Of a stretch of DNA of 64,000 nt, positions 21,969 through 34,229 are shown one piece after another (position 1 is the first letter of the stretch; every line of letters begins with the position of its first letter). The notes under the pieces were generated by a model. The model did not search any database. It saw only the letters and a program-made list of their open reading frames with translations, and had not been told where the DNA came from. The position numbers and the translations under genes are program-made. The stretch spans positions 3,596,001 through 3,660,000 of the forward strand of contig JBLDXI010000007.1 of assembly GCA_047495785.1 (NCBI GenBank), in the 5' to 3' direction. This DNA comes from Lepidodermella squamata. Taxonomy: Eukaryota; Animalia; Gastrotricha.

Positions 21969-23932
21969 TCAGGCAGACCCAAAACTTTTCAAATTCGTGG
22001 CTAGATGTTTTTTTGATAGACTGAGACTTCGAACTTCGACTACCCCATTAATATTTAGAGGACTATTAGCAGCTTGACGTTTCGAGGCAATTTTTGTTTT
22101 TTTTCGCATTTTTAGCTCTAGCGATCAACTGATGAATTAGCTGGTGGATGCCAAAACTTGGAGATCAGATTAGAGTTCGCGATAAATAATTCATGACAAT
22201 AGTTCGTTTCATAAAATGAGTTTGTTGGTGCATAATATTCGAGGCATGGCAGTGTGGGAGCTTCGGAAAAATCCGATAAAAATTATATCGGTGATTTTTG
22301 TAATTTGTAATTATGTAATTTGTAATTATGTTATTACTATTGGTATTTTCGGATTTTTTCCGTTACATTTTCTTATTGCTGCGTGGTTTCAAATTTAGCG
22401 CTTCAAGCAACTTGATTATTGCAAGCGGGAAAATCCGGTAGTAGCCTTTCGGTATTTTTCTGAATTATCCCGGTTGTTTACTTAATTCAAGTTTTTTTAG
22501 TAGTCCTATATTAAAATCGGAAATTTCAATTTTTTTTTATTATTTCCTAGGTACGCCGACTCTTGAACGTCGTCCTCTGCTTCTCGCCCGTCGGCTCCAC
22601 TCTACGTGTCCGAGGCCGTAAATTCCCAGCCCTGACCAACTGTACGCAAATCGTTTGGTTCCACGAATGGCCGGAGGACGCGCTCATCTCCGTATCCCGC
22701 CGCTTCGTCGACGACGATGAAGGCGGTCTTCATTGTCTTTTTTTTTAGATCAATTTCGGATCTAATGGCGGATGGACCAGCATTAAAGACATTTGATCCA
22801 TCAAATTGGAATCAGGTATAGAATATTCAAATTGGATCAAAATCAGATCAAATTTTTGACGAATGAATCATGAGCTGTTATTTACGATTTTTTCTGTTCT
22901 CTTTTCATTCAGGGTGCTCGATGGGAGATGCTGACTAGTGTGATTGCGGAGGCTCGTCTGAAAGAACTGACGCCTGCCATGCCTGGTCGCCTTCATTAAA
23001 GGTGAGTCAGACTTCCGAATTAGTTTAAGGGAAATTAGGATCACGAGATAACTAGCCACTTCCGCGTGCACCGCCCTGGAAAGTGAACTTGTCCTCAGTA
23101 GATACGACAAAAAACATGATATCATCGTAATAATCAATTTTTTGACATTTTTTTCCAGCGATTCCCGTCGACCGGCAAGACCTGCGTAATATGTACGAAT
23201 GTCCTGTTTACAAGACAGAATCTCGCGGTCCAACTTTCGTGTGGACTTCACGCTCAAAACCAAGGAGAAGCCAGCGCGCTGGGTGCTGGCTGGTGTCGCT
23301 ATTCTGCTGCAAGTCTAAAATGCACCAGAGGAGGATGAAAAAATCTGACATCGATCCATATTAATATATTTTATATAGTCATCCCTATGAATCTATATTT
23401 AGTTGTACCTAAACTCCGAAATTGCGGAGTTGAAGCTGATTTTTTTAGTTCCGTAATTTTCAAATTTCATGAGCTATTAATAAATACTCGAACAATGTGT
23501 GCCTAAAATACAATATTTCCATCAATGGACCATTCCCCTTTTTGTGATGAAAATTTAATTAATCTGTACCTGATGAACGTTGTGATGTAATAAAATTACC
23601 TGAAGCGGATATTACAAAAAAACATATTCACGTGTAAGTATGCGTTTGTCGTAGCGGAAATTCCTCGTTTTTACTGTTAATTACGAAAGTGAGCCGAGGA
23701 ACTGTTGGGCATAAAGATCAAAGCATACCTCCTCCTCCTTACCGGGACAAAGTCACGTTTGCAGTATCAGTCAGCTCGTTAACGGGTGACATACACATTC
23801 CTGATCCAGACCCCTCACTCATTAGAAGTCACGTTCAGATTCCACGGGTCGAGAGATTTTAGAAAGAAATCATCTAGTGATTCAAACCTACAGCTGTATC
23901 TTTTGCTTTTAGAGATATATTTACTCACAGCG

Positions 23933-24358
23933 ATGGCTTCAAAAACAGGTCAAGAGCGCTTCTTCGCTTTTGCTCTAGCTTGTCTCCTTGCGCTGGGCTT
24001 CATTTGCCCTGTACGATCTGTTCCGATCGAGAATTATCCTTTAACGTCAACAAATGGCCAAGCCTTCGATCCAGTCGCTCTGCTGGCAGGCAGCAAATCC
24101 CGTCACTGCGCAGATTGGATCAAGCGAACGCTGGCGAAGAACAAGACTCTGTCACTGAAAGCGCTGGCTGCAGCTCTGGTGGCTGGCGTTTCAAAACCGT
24201 TGACTGCAGACTTTTACATCAACTGCATCGCTCCGAATAGGCAAGCCATGCTAGCGAAGCAGCAGAAGCCCATTGTAACGCCGAAGGTTCAAGTTGTGGA
24301 ACAATCAACGCGGAGATTGTCATTCGGTCGCCTGCCTAACTCGGCGATGTTGCTGTAA
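23933..24358 (+). CDS. Small secreted protein (141 aa) of unknown family; intact copy in array unit 1
   Basis: Hydrophobic signal FFAFALACLLALGFICPVRS; two Cys in the mature part; basic amphipathic segment; decayed copies in the other three units. Confidence 0.65.
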   Translation: MASKTGQERFFAFALACLLALGFICPVRSVPIENYPLTSTNGQAFDPVALLAGSKSRHCADWIKRTLAKNKTLSLKALAAALVAGVSKPLTADFYINCIAPNRQAMLAKQQKPIVTPKVQVVEQSTRRLSFGRLPNSAMLL

Positions 24359-24588
24359 ATTTTAATGAAGATATTTGGCCGGGGACAAGGTATATAGTTG
24401 CATATTACGGCAACGAAACTACTCACTCACCCGGTGCACAATTATCTCTGTTTGAAGTTATATAAATGAAAGAATACTTGAACATATTATTGCTTTATTG
24501 CGAAAACAATGCAGCAAACAGTGCAGAACAGTGCAGTGCTAGAATAAAAGTGTACTGTTTGCTACCTTGAAATTTCGAAAGCTTAGCC

Positions 24589-25665
24589 TCAAATGGCAAG
24601 GAGTGACTTTTGTAGGGGGGTCATGTCTTGGTACTCCTTGTAGGGTATGACCCTTTCATCAATTCCATTTAGCGGCGTATCAAAAGAAACATCATTGAAG
24701 AAGATTTTAACCGGATACGGGTAGTGGCTTGTCGTTCGATGGCTGCAATATGCCTGTAGGCGCTCTTTTATGTCAGCCTCATTCAAGCCACGACAGGAAT
24801 AGCACTCATGCTTCTTGGCCACTTTCGGGAACATGCAGACGTAGTAGACCAGTCGATTCCTTGGCTGGTCTCGGGGCAACCTCGGGCCGGTTCCGAAGTG
24901 GAAAGTTCGACTGTCCCATAGCACGAATCCTCCCTTCGGCGGGCAGACATAGCGCCATTTGCATCCCTTCTCCTTCATCAAGAAGTCCAACTCCTCTCTA
25001 CAAGCTAGGTGCCAATCTTCGGCTATCCCAGGATCGTTAATTTCATATGTATAGAAGTATCTTTTTCTGATCTCTTCATGGTAGACATGCGAGCCCTCAA
25101 GTACAGACAAACAGCCGTCATTCGGCCCGCATTCTTCGAGATTGTACAAGCCCTGAACGCAACGAGGCTCGTGATGCAAGATTCGCTGATCGGTGTGAAA
25201 TCCTTCCCTAGGCCTGCCATCGTAATGACCTTGTATGGGGCTGAAATTCTCCGGCGCTATATTAAAGGAAATGCCATCCATGGACGTGGCTAGTTCCATC
25301 ACATCAACTCCCCACAAATGGGCGAAAATCGGAGCAGCTGCTTCTCTAGCAGCCCAGACGCTAGGCAAATGGGAGAAACTTGGGTAGTGCAGCAGCATGT
25401 GGTTATACGGAGCAAGACGGCGCAAATAGTTGATGTAAGTTGCCGGGTCATTTCGGTTAATTTTGTAGCGATCATCATCCACAATTACGCGCTCCAATGC
25501 GTCCCAAACCTCGGCTTGAGCTGCTCGGCAGAACGTTTCCGGTAGTTGGTAGCCATCGACTATTGCGAAACCCTGCTTGGCTAGAGTTTCATGGATCTTG
25601 TCCAGGGGTGTCAATGCAAAATAAGGCGTGCCTCTGGCGGTTTCATCCATGGGCAAGCTCAGCAT
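24589..25665 (-). CDS. PhyH-family Fe(II)/2-oxoglutarate dioxygenase, copy 1, intronless
   Basis: QGFAIV, HTDQ...CVQGLYNL...DGCLSVLEGSH, GGFVLWDSRTFH, RLVYYVC: HxD...H triad and 2OG-binding Arg. Confidence 0.88.
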   Translation of the reverse strand: MLSLPMDETARGTPYFALTPLDKIHETLAKQGFAIVDGYQLPETFCRAAQAEVWDALERVIVDDDRYKINRNDPATYINYLRRLAPYNHMLLHYPSFSHLPSVWAAREAAAPIFAHLWGVDVMELATSMDGISFNIAPENFSPIQGHYDGRPREGFHTDQRILHHEPRCVQGLYNLEECGPNDGCLSVLEGSHVYHEEIRKRYFYTYEINDPGIAEDWHLACREELDFLMKEKGCKWRYVCPPKGGFVLWDSRTFHFGTGPRLPRDQPRNRLVYYVCMFPKVAKKHECYSCRGLNEADIKERLQAYCSHRTTSHYPYPVKIFFNDVSFDTPLNGIDERVIPYKEYQDMTPLQKSLLAI

Positions 25666-27228
25666 GGTTTGTTAGAGTAAACTACAGAAAACAAAAAAAT
25701 TTATCTTATCCAGTTTCCGCTTATCAAGTTCTATCCAAAAAGTTATGAATGAGTATAGAGCATGTAGAATGCGAATAGTAAAATTGTATATTTCACAAGG
25801 AAAAATCGATATTTCAGGCTTTTTTATTGATCGGATGATAATAATGTCACTGACAAGAACAGATAAATTCAGCAATACGCGATGGATGGACGAAGTGACC
25901 GGATTTCAAAGAAGATAAAAGGTGAAAAGCAATCCGCCCCGGTGTTCGGAATCGGGTGGAAATTCCATGGTTAAAAAACGTGGTTTTTCCCACCGGCCAG
26001 AAGTTTTATCCGAAAGAGTATACTGTATACGACTTTTTAGGTTGCAATTCAACTGTTGTTATGGCTCAAATTTTCGTTAGGTATTCAAGGTAAAATAACA
26101 AAAATCTCATTTTTTACTCAGTTAACTTGATTAATTAGTGGAGTATTGCCTTATCATTATAATTTTCTGATAAAAAAACAAACGAAGGTTAGTGGTTTTC
26201 GGCATTGCTGTGAAATATTTCATTTAAATATATAAATTTCATCAAAATATAAATGGCTTCCATATACTATATATATTCAAATATAAATATAATATGCAGA
26301 AATAAATAATATATAATCAAATATATCATTACTTTTCGGATGGACTTTAGGTTATAAGAGGGAGAAAACTTTTATTTCATCTGGTTTCCGCTTACTTCTT
26401 TCCTTGGGTTTTGTGCATTAAATTTCTATGTTCAACCATCGCACTACTTCCTATGATTCATGACTCGGCACACAATCGGCATACAACATACATATAGTGC
26501 TACGGCAGCCAACGTTTATCATGCAGTAAAAACGCAAGCCATGTGTTATTACGTTTAGCAGGTAGTATAATCCGCGGATGAGGGTTTTTTCTCACAAAAA
26601 ATGCACCCACAGCTAAAGCTAAAGCTTCTTTTTTTATTGGAATATTCGCCAATACGGACATATTATTGAATTTTCCACGCAATTCGAATAAAATACAGAA
26701 AAATACAGCTCTATTTTTCTTGCAAAACCTGATACATATCATACCCAGAGTTTGAAAAAAGATCAGGAAGCAAGCTAAAAATTCAAACTACGATGGTATA
26801 CATACCATTGTAGGTGCACAGTGTTTTTCACGGTGAACTTCTATGATAAATCACAGCCGGGTTATTTCTTCGCTTGCTATGCGGTGCTGGTGGTGCGTTT
26901 ATCTTTTTTGCTGATTAATTAGATGGATGAAAAATATTAGCAAAAACTACAACCACTACAAACCTCACCAGCTCACCAACGCACCATCTACGCAGTAAAT
27001 AAAACTGTACTTTATCGACCTTGCAAACACTGCCTACAATGTGTCACTCCCTAGGTCATGAGAAGTAGTTAATCGCTGGTTCTCAGTATACGCGCAACAG
27101 TAGGTATATGTCATTGATTATTTATTTCAAGTACCGACCAATAATAAAATGCTGATACGTATCGAACGGCATCAAGGTTGCTAAGAGAATGTTTGGAATT
27201 TCGGAAATTCGGAAGTGCGTGCTTAAAA

Positions 27229-28727
27229 CAGTGGTGCGCAAACTTATTCAACCATCGGCTATTTTGGCGGCCGGAAATGTCCCTAACCGGCCGCAACACT
27301 CTCGACGTCTTAAACCGGCCGCACTGCCGGAATATGTTTACTCATCGGCGAAATCAACTGATTTTCTTTGTAAAAATTTTCTCTAAATAAAGATTTCGAC
27401 GACAAAATTCAAAATTAATACCTATTTGCAATTTTGCACGGTGTATGATGCAGAACATTTTATGAGACTAACCAAAAGCTGCAAATGCAACCCAGCCTTC
27501 TCGGGTTGAATCATTGATCCCCTGTCTTCGTGCCAGTCTCAAATTCCAGATTCATCTGAAATAAAAAAATGGGTCCCCTACGAAGCAGAAGGCTTCAAAG
27601 CAGGGTAAACGCACTAAATAGTCTTCCCAGTAGGCGCTCAGGTTTAGCCTCTGATTTTAAACCAATGGACTAACATGATGATCTGCTATTCTAGCTTTCC
27701 ACGCCAAAATTTGAGGAACGTATGTTATGAAAACTCCGTAATGTAGCTCAGACCTCAATTTTGTCGAAAAAAGTCGTTTTTCGAAAATTTTCCAAAATTC
27801 ATAAGCCGGGCTCTTAAATTTATGATGAGCCCATATGCAGAAAATTACGCAGAATTTTATCGTTAATAATTCGATTTATTGTTGCGTGACGTTTGGACCG
27901 CTTTTTGGGTTTATACTGCTTTGAAGCCTTTTACTCTTTATTTATTTATTTATTTATTTATATTTGACTTGCAATTATCGCACTTGCGATTGTAGCAAGT
28001 GTTTAAATGAATTGAGGCTAGAATTAACATTTTCGATGTTGAAAGTATTCCAAACATTAACAATTCGTCTGTCAAGAGAATATTTTCTGCAGTTCAAATG
28101 GCATTCAGATTGACGAATGCGATGAAGAGGAGCATATTTGTTGCTAGAAGGCGTAAATAAATCTGTAAATTTAGCGTCAACAAGATTGTAAATTTAGCGT
28201 CAACAAGACTCTGTGGGGGACCCAAAAAAAATCCATGGTCCATATATGGTTCCAAAATTTCAAGTCCAAGTTTAGTCCAAGGTGAAGTCATAAGAGAAAG
28301 GTTAAAAAGTTGAAAACGCAATTTTTAATGGCTGTTACAGATAGAAATCAGGTCCAAGGTTTATGAAATCTCTCCGTTTTATCAACTTGAAAGCGGCAAA
28401 GACAAAATGGAAAACTCGTAACAACTCATTCGAGGAGGAACAAACCGCCAAAATTAGCAAGATAGTCCATCGACCAGATTTTCGATAGTCGCAAATTTCA
28501 GCCATTATTTTACCACGAAAAATTGCACAAATTACCCCATTAAATTAAGGTGGCTAGATCTATCGATTACTCAAAATTTTAGAGCTGGGTGCCTACTCTC
28601 CCCCTTTAATTCCAAATCACCGACTGCACAAGCCTCGACCGGCCGCACATAATGTTACGGAGCCAAAAGGCCAGTCGGCCGCCAGAAATGCCTCGACAGG
28701 CCGAAAAACCGAGTTTGCGCACCACTG
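27229..28727. mobile_element. Non-autonomous hAT element (1499 bp)
   Basis: 16-bp TIR CAGTGGTGCGCAAACT / AGTTTGCGCACCACTG with perfect 8-bp TSD GCTTAAAA (27221-27228, 28728-28735). Confidence 0.92.
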
Positions 28728-29095
28728 GCTTAAAATGCTTGTGTTTTCATTTGAGAAGAGTCGAATGAAAAGGGCCCTTACTTTAGCTACATACGAATTT
28801 GAAAAAGATCGATTGCGGTAGTACATTTATTAGTCATTTTCATTAGGGCATGTTGAATAAACTAGGTTTTGTTTATGAATCAAAGTTCGGGCATGGTGAA
28901 AAACGCACCTCTGAGACTTTTTGAACACACCCTATCGGGTGCGTAGTCACCTCAAATGTATGACGTAAAAGAAACTTTAACAAAGTCCCTTTTCATACGG
29001 CACTTCTCATTTTTTCATACCATGGGGTTTCCGGTTTTTTTAAGAGGATATGTAGAAAGCTAAAATCTTTAAACAGTACTGATAAGTATCAATTC

Positions 29096-29476
29096 ACCAC
29101 ATTTTTTACTGGAAAATACGGAAATCAGCCAATACGGAATTTTCCCACTCGTTTACGGTCTTTTGCCGTACTAGGCTGTTTTCCGCTTTGACATAGTAGA
29201 AAAATTATAACTGCCCTTTTGTGAATAGAATTCATTCAGCTTCAACTGATATTCGCATTTTAGCGCCAGGAAAATCAATGGTATTCGGTATTCGAGCTAA
29301 CACGTTCAAGGAATGCTTACGCAAGAACGGCGCCTTCGTCATCAGCCTACGTCAACTATCAGTGCGACGGCCCCCAAACTGCAGCTCTATCGAACACAGC
29401 CCGAACACAGTCTATCCGAATTTCTCAAACACAAAATCGTACGACGTGGCTATTTCTAATACGGATCAATGTTGCG
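29096..29476 (+). repeat. Duplicated segment homologous to 51296-51760
   Basis: Shared blocks such as aaaattataactgcccttt and ccgaatttctcaaacac.aaatcgtacgacgtggctatttctaatacggatcaatg. Confidence 0.85.
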
Positions 29477-29477
29477 G

Positions 29478-29808
29478 TCTAGCTTGCCTCCTTGCTTTGG
29501 GCGTCATTTGCTTTGTACGCTCTGTTCCAATCGAGAATTATCCTTAAACGTCAACAAATGGCCAAGCCTTCGATCCAGTCGCCCTGCTGGCAGGCAGCAA
29601 ATCCCGCCACTGCGCAGATTGGATCAAGCGAACCCTGGCGAAGAACAAAACTCTGTCACTGAAAGCGCTGGCTGCAGCTCTGGTGGCTGGCGTTTCAAAA
29701 CCGTTGACTGCAGACTTTTACATCAACTGCATCGCTCCTAATAGGCAAGCCATGCTAGCGAAGCAGCAGAAGCCCGTTGAAAGTTGTTGAACAATCAACA
29801 CCGAGATT
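29478..29808 (+). pseudogene. 5'-truncated pseudogene of the small secreted protein (unit 2)
   Basis: Near-identical to the unit-1 gene from ~23974 onward; TTA>TAA stop at 29545-29547; no start codon. Confidence 0.85.
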
Positions 29809-30071
29809 CTTGATATGGCGGACACGGCTTTGAAACTCGAATGACACCACCGAATGTCGAAGCTCCTTTTAATAGCAACGACCGCGATACCAAGCTGTTC
29901 ACCGATGGCCTCCAGTTCAGCTTTTTAGCCTGGCCAGATCTGGAAACACAACATGCTCACATAATTAGCAAGTGAAAAGTGAAACTTACTGATTATACAG
30001 ATGATAGAGGTGCTGTAGAAAATGCTTGAAGTGATTCACAGCCTGGACTTTGAGGACAACATCACCAATGC

Positions 30072-30410
30072 TCAGCTCAGGGCGAGGCAATGCCATATCA
30101 TTAGCAATGGAAATAAATACTGAAAATCACGGCCGGCTCCGGAAAGCCTTCCGTACATTGCCGAGGCGCCATTCGTAGCAAGAGCTATCCAGCGCTGGTT
30201 CGGGTAATGATCAGAAAATCCCGCATCGTTGAGAGACTTGTGAATTGCCGCAGCTATTGTCTCAGCCTTCGTATTTTCTAAATTCAACAATTCGAGCAGA
30301 TACGTCATCGCCTCCTCTTGATCGTAAATAACTTCGACTACCCGCAAGTAAATGCATAGGCAAGATTTGGTCGAAAGCGACGTACTTTCGTCAGCCATAA
30401 CAAATATATC
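30072..30410 (-). mobile_element. hAT transposase fragment
   Basis: ADESTS...LCIYLR, ATNGASAMYG, IWHCLA (DESTD / DGA / HC motifs of hAT DDE domains). Confidence 0.8.
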
Positions 30411-30415
30411 GCCGC

Positions 30416-30480
30416 TGGGCTAATGAAACCCGCTAGTATATAGGATTTTTCCTGTAGACTTAGCGGGTTTCATTAGCCCA
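30416..30480. repeat. Short foldback hairpin
   Basis: tgggctaatgaaacccgcta...tagcgggtttcattagccca, 20-bp perfect arms. Confidence 0.8.
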
Positions 30481-30789
30481 ATGCCGATATACAGTGTGCG
30501 ACTTTCGGGGATCATCCCCCCCAGCTCGGCCAGGCCAGACAACAAAATGAGAATTTATCCCACGGTTTTGTTAATTTTGCAAGGTTCTGGGGCGCGTTTC
30601 AGTGAAAAATCTCCGAAATTGTCTCGCTTCGCTCGGTTATTAGCCGAAATGACTCGTCATTTTGGCAAAAACAGCAAAAAAATTTGTTCCATCCCAGGAG
30701 CTCGGGGATCGAAGATCGCACCCTGCCGATATCCATAGACTAATCACATATGTGCTTCACTGTTTTTGACGCATAATTGAAGCAATGTG

Positions 30790-31810
30790 AATTCAATTCT
30801 ATTCTAAATTCTAAATTCAATGCAGCTAAGCGCTTATACTCCAACTCGGCAGCCGTTTCGAGTGATTTCTTGTCAAACTGTTTTTAGCCCGATTACTCAC
30901 ATAATCAACATAATGGTCCAAGATCCACTCTTCTCTCGTGTTTTTATTGAAGGCGATAATGTCGACCCTTTTGAGGCCGTCATTTTCTGCGAGGCAGGAA
31001 ACTTCCTCGTAGACTTCGAGGGTCTTGTTCTTACGCAAGGAGTCTGCGATCATAGTTCGCACTCTATGATGGCGGGCGTTGCGAAGCGGAGCACCGCGAG
31101 GGCAGAAACCAGGGACATGTGAGGGGGATTCATACTCACAGTCGCAGTGGCGCCAGCGGGGTCCATTACGGCTCCTTCCAGGCAGTGCACGAACCGCACA
31201 GGTGTCCGTCGTCATTTTAATCGCCGTAGTCCATTCGTTGACTGAGAGACCGGACTTGTTATTGCTCCACTTATTGCAGGCTGGCATTTCTCGGTACAGG
31301 TGGGCACCCCTGATTTACCGCAGAATTCCTATCATGACTTTCAGCCCATTCGTTGAACGATCTTTCTCGCAAGACCGCGCGCATGCAGTTGTTGTCCCAC
31401 TTGCTTCTTTTCGAAGTCGACCGTCGACCGATTGCTCGTCGATGGCGAGTGAGGCTGGGCTGCTCTTCATTTCTGCCTCGAAATCTTTGGAGACACTGAG
31501 GTGAGGGTGGTTGAGCCTGGCAAGTTTCATTGAGATGCAGAAATGTTGCATACAACATTCCCAACTTGCCTTCATTAGCCCAAGACCACGCCAGCCATCG
31601 GTGAACAGCTGGGTGTGTCTCTCGGCAGCTCCGGTGTTTGCTTGACAGCGTTGCGCACGAGGCCGTCGACATCGTTCAAGAACGAGACTGGTAGCTTGTT
31701 GAGCGGAGCATTCTGGAGCGGAAAGACCAGAGTTGGCCAGACATAGTGATTGATGATGTTAAGTTTCTGGTCCGGCCGTAGGAGCGGCGATTCGGCAAGC
31801 TGGCATAGGT
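30790..31810 (-). mobile_element. Truncated R2/NeSL-type (RLE) non-LTR retrotransposon
   Basis: Thumb SPLLRPDQKLNIINHYVWP; decayed zinc knuckle CDCEYESPSHVPGFC; RNARHH; EVYEEV...RVDIIA endonuclease; short GAATTTA-like repeats at the 3' end. Confidence 0.85.
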
Positions 31811-32565
31811 TTGCTCATTTTTTACGTAAATTTTACATAAATATAAAATAATTTATTAGTCGATCGCACGCCAGGAATGTTTCATCCCGGAGTCATTAGC
31901 AACGATCAATGGACCAATCAGCGTGTGCGCAAAGGTCCAACTTACCAGTGGTTCCACAATGTTACTTATTATAGCAACAAAACTACTCACTCACCCGGTG
32001 CAAAATTATTGTCTGCTTAAAGTTGTAGAAATAAAAAATACTTGTGAACACATTGATTTATTGCGAAAACAGTGCAGAAAACAGTTCAGAACAATGCAGT
32101 TTTTATAATGATAAAAATATTAGCATGTAGAGGGTTTCAATTTCTGGTAAAAATTCGACCACTTTCTAGCCGTTTTATCGGACGAAAGAGTGACGAATGA
32201 GTTGTTTTCCCAAATGTCACACATTGTGTCGCATTGAGAAAAGCAGATGATTATTTCTGAAGGATAATTTCCGACATCTCGTGACCTCACTGATTTACAT
32301 CAATCAATCTCGTTTCTGCCCTCAACACCGTTAAGGACGCCTTAAGGATGCCGTTAAGGATTCCTTGATTCCATCGAAGCAAAAAATAACCAACCATGTG
32401 GGAATACGTCATAACATTGATTAATTGCAAAAAGAGGGGAGAAAACTATCTTGAATAAACTGTTTGAAACCTTTCCATTTCGAATATATCAAATTCTGAG
32501 AGGAAAACGGATGCCAAACAGGTGACGAATTGGCGCCGGATGATGTACTAAAGAAATGAAAAGTC

Positions 32566-33654
32566 TTAAATGGCAAGGAGTGACTTTTGCAGGGGCGTCA
32601 TGTCGTCGTATTCCTTGTAGGGTACGAGCCTTTCATCAAAGACTCCTCGCGGCACATCATAGGCTATGCCACTGCTGAAGATCGTCACCGGATACGGATA
32701 GTGGCTTGTAGTTCGATGACCGCGATAAGCTTTTCGCCGCAGCTTCACGTCAGCTTCATTCAAGCCACGAAAGGAAAAGCCCTCATGCTTCTTGGCAACT
32801 TTCGGGAACATGCAGACGTAGTAGACCAGACGATTCCTTGGCTCGTCGCGGGGCAACCTCGGGCCGGTTCCGAAGTGGAAAGTTCGCCCATCCCATAAAA
32901 CGAATCCTCCCTTCAGCGGGCAGACATAGCGCCATTTACATCCCTTCTCCTTCATCAAGAAGTCCAACTCCTCTCTAGAAGCAAGGTGCCAATCGTCGGC
33001 AATCTCAGGATCGTTAATTTCATATCTAGAGAAGAATCGCTTTCTGATCTCTTCATGGTAGACATGCGAACCCTCAAGTACGGACAAACAGCCGTCATTC
33101 GGCCCGCATTCTTCGAGGTTGTACAAGCCCTGAACGCAACGAGGCTCGTGATGCAAGATTCGCTGGTCTGTGTGAAATCCTTCCCGTTGCCTGCCATCGT
33201 AATGACCTTGTATGGGGCTGAAATTCTCCGGCGCTATATTAAAGGAAATGCCATCCATGGACGTGGCTAATTCCATCACGTCAACTCCCCACAAATGGGC
33301 GAAAATCGGAGCAGCTGCTTCTCTAGCAGCCCAGACGCTAGGCAAATGGGAGAAACTTGGGTAGTGCAGCAACATGTGGTTATACGGAGCAAGACGGCGC
33401 AAATAGTTGATGTAAGTTGCCGGGTCATTTCGGTTAATTTTGAAGCGATCATCATCCACAATTACGCGCTCCAATGCGTCCCAAACCTCGGCTTGAGCTG
33501 CTTGGCAGAACGTTTCCGGGAGTCGATAGCCATCGACTATTGCGAAACCCTGCTTGGCTAGAGTTTCATGGATCTTGTCCAGGGGTGTCAATTCAAAATA
33601 AGGCGTGCCTCTGGCGGCTTTATCCATGGGCATTCTTGACTCCTTTTGACCCAT
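32566..33654 (-). CDS. PhyH-family dioxygenase, copy 2
   Basis: Intact paralog; 5' flank replaced, giving a new N-terminus MGQKESRM. Confidence 0.88.
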   Translation of the reverse strand: MGQKESRMPMDKAARGTPYFELTPLDKIHETLAKQGFAIVDGYRLPETFCQAAQAEVWDALERVIVDDDRFKINRNDPATYINYLRRLAPYNHMLLHYPSFSHLPSVWAAREAAAPIFAHLWGVDVMELATSMDGISFNIAPENFSPIQGHYDGRQREGFHTDQRILHHEPRCVQGLYNLEECGPNDGCLSVLEGSHVYHEEIRKRFFSRYEINDPEIADDWHLASREELDFLMKEKGCKWRYVCPLKGGFVLWDGRTFHFGTGPRLPRDEPRNRLVYYVCMFPKVAKKHEGFSFRGLNEADVKLRRKAYRGHRTTSHYPYPVTIFSSGIAYDVPRGVFDERLVPYKEYDDMTPLQKSLLAI

Positions 33655-33997
33655 CAGCACACGGGTGTGTGACAACGGGTGTTTAGAAAATTCTAAAAAA
33701 ATCAAGTGTAACTGATAAGGCTGAGCGTTTTTGTTCAACATGGAGGAGGGTAGTTAATATTGATTTTCTCATATTTCTTGCAGTCACCTAATTTGTGAAA
33801 TTTATTGGCCAAATAAAAACTAAATCCAAAAAGCGATTTTCATCACACCATTTCTCAGTATTTTTTTCCTAAATATAATTTGTTTCGCTATTCATAGCTA
33901 TGGCGAATATTAAGGTGAATGATGTGGCTACCAAATCTTACAAAAGTGTCAAGATTACGAGGCTAGATGGCGGCGTGATAACACATGAAAGACTCCA

Positions 33998-34135
33998 CAC
34001 AGGCGGAAAAGGCTCCATCGGAAAAGTCACTGAGCGGAAAATGATGCTGGCGGAAATGCTCTTGGCGGATATGACTGTCAGCGGAAACTTTTTTGGCGGA
34101 AAAATTTTAACGGAAATGCAAAAGCGGAAAGTAGA
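33998..34135 (+). repeat. Periodic CGGAAA repeats (about 9 copies, ~15-bp spacing), probably a transposon subterminal array
   Basis: ggcggaaaa, tcggaaaa, agcggaaaa, ggcggaaat, ggcggatat, agcggaaac, ggcggaaaa, acggaaat, agcggaaa. Confidence 0.6.
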
Positions 34136-34229
34136 GAACACGTAATGATACCAGATAATTTTCTAAAATTCGCCAAATAGGGCTACATTGTTTTTGAGCA
34201 AAATTGCCATTCTTCTGCTGCATTCTTTG

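Larger units (their letters stand above)
17942..23318 (+). pseudogene. Axonemal outer-arm beta-type dynein heavy chain (DNAH9/11/17-like) relic
   Basis: AAA4 exons SLARLAAFISSLEVLQITIRKGYG...RENCWTYFINK (to 18278) and [28 protein letters not shown]...[10 protein letters not shown] (from 22551), then directly the last two exons GARWE...EARLKELTPAMP (from 22913) and IPVDRQ...YECPVYKT...GPTFVWT/LKTKEKPARWVLAGVAILLQV* (to 23318), each with a 1-nt frameshift; AAA4 P-loop missing. Confidence 0.85.

Noticed and set aside
33998-34135. Regularly spaced repeats resembling a CRISPR or iteron array
   Set aside because: Repeat units of only 6-9 bp, eukaryotic context, no cas genes; typical transposon subterminal motifs
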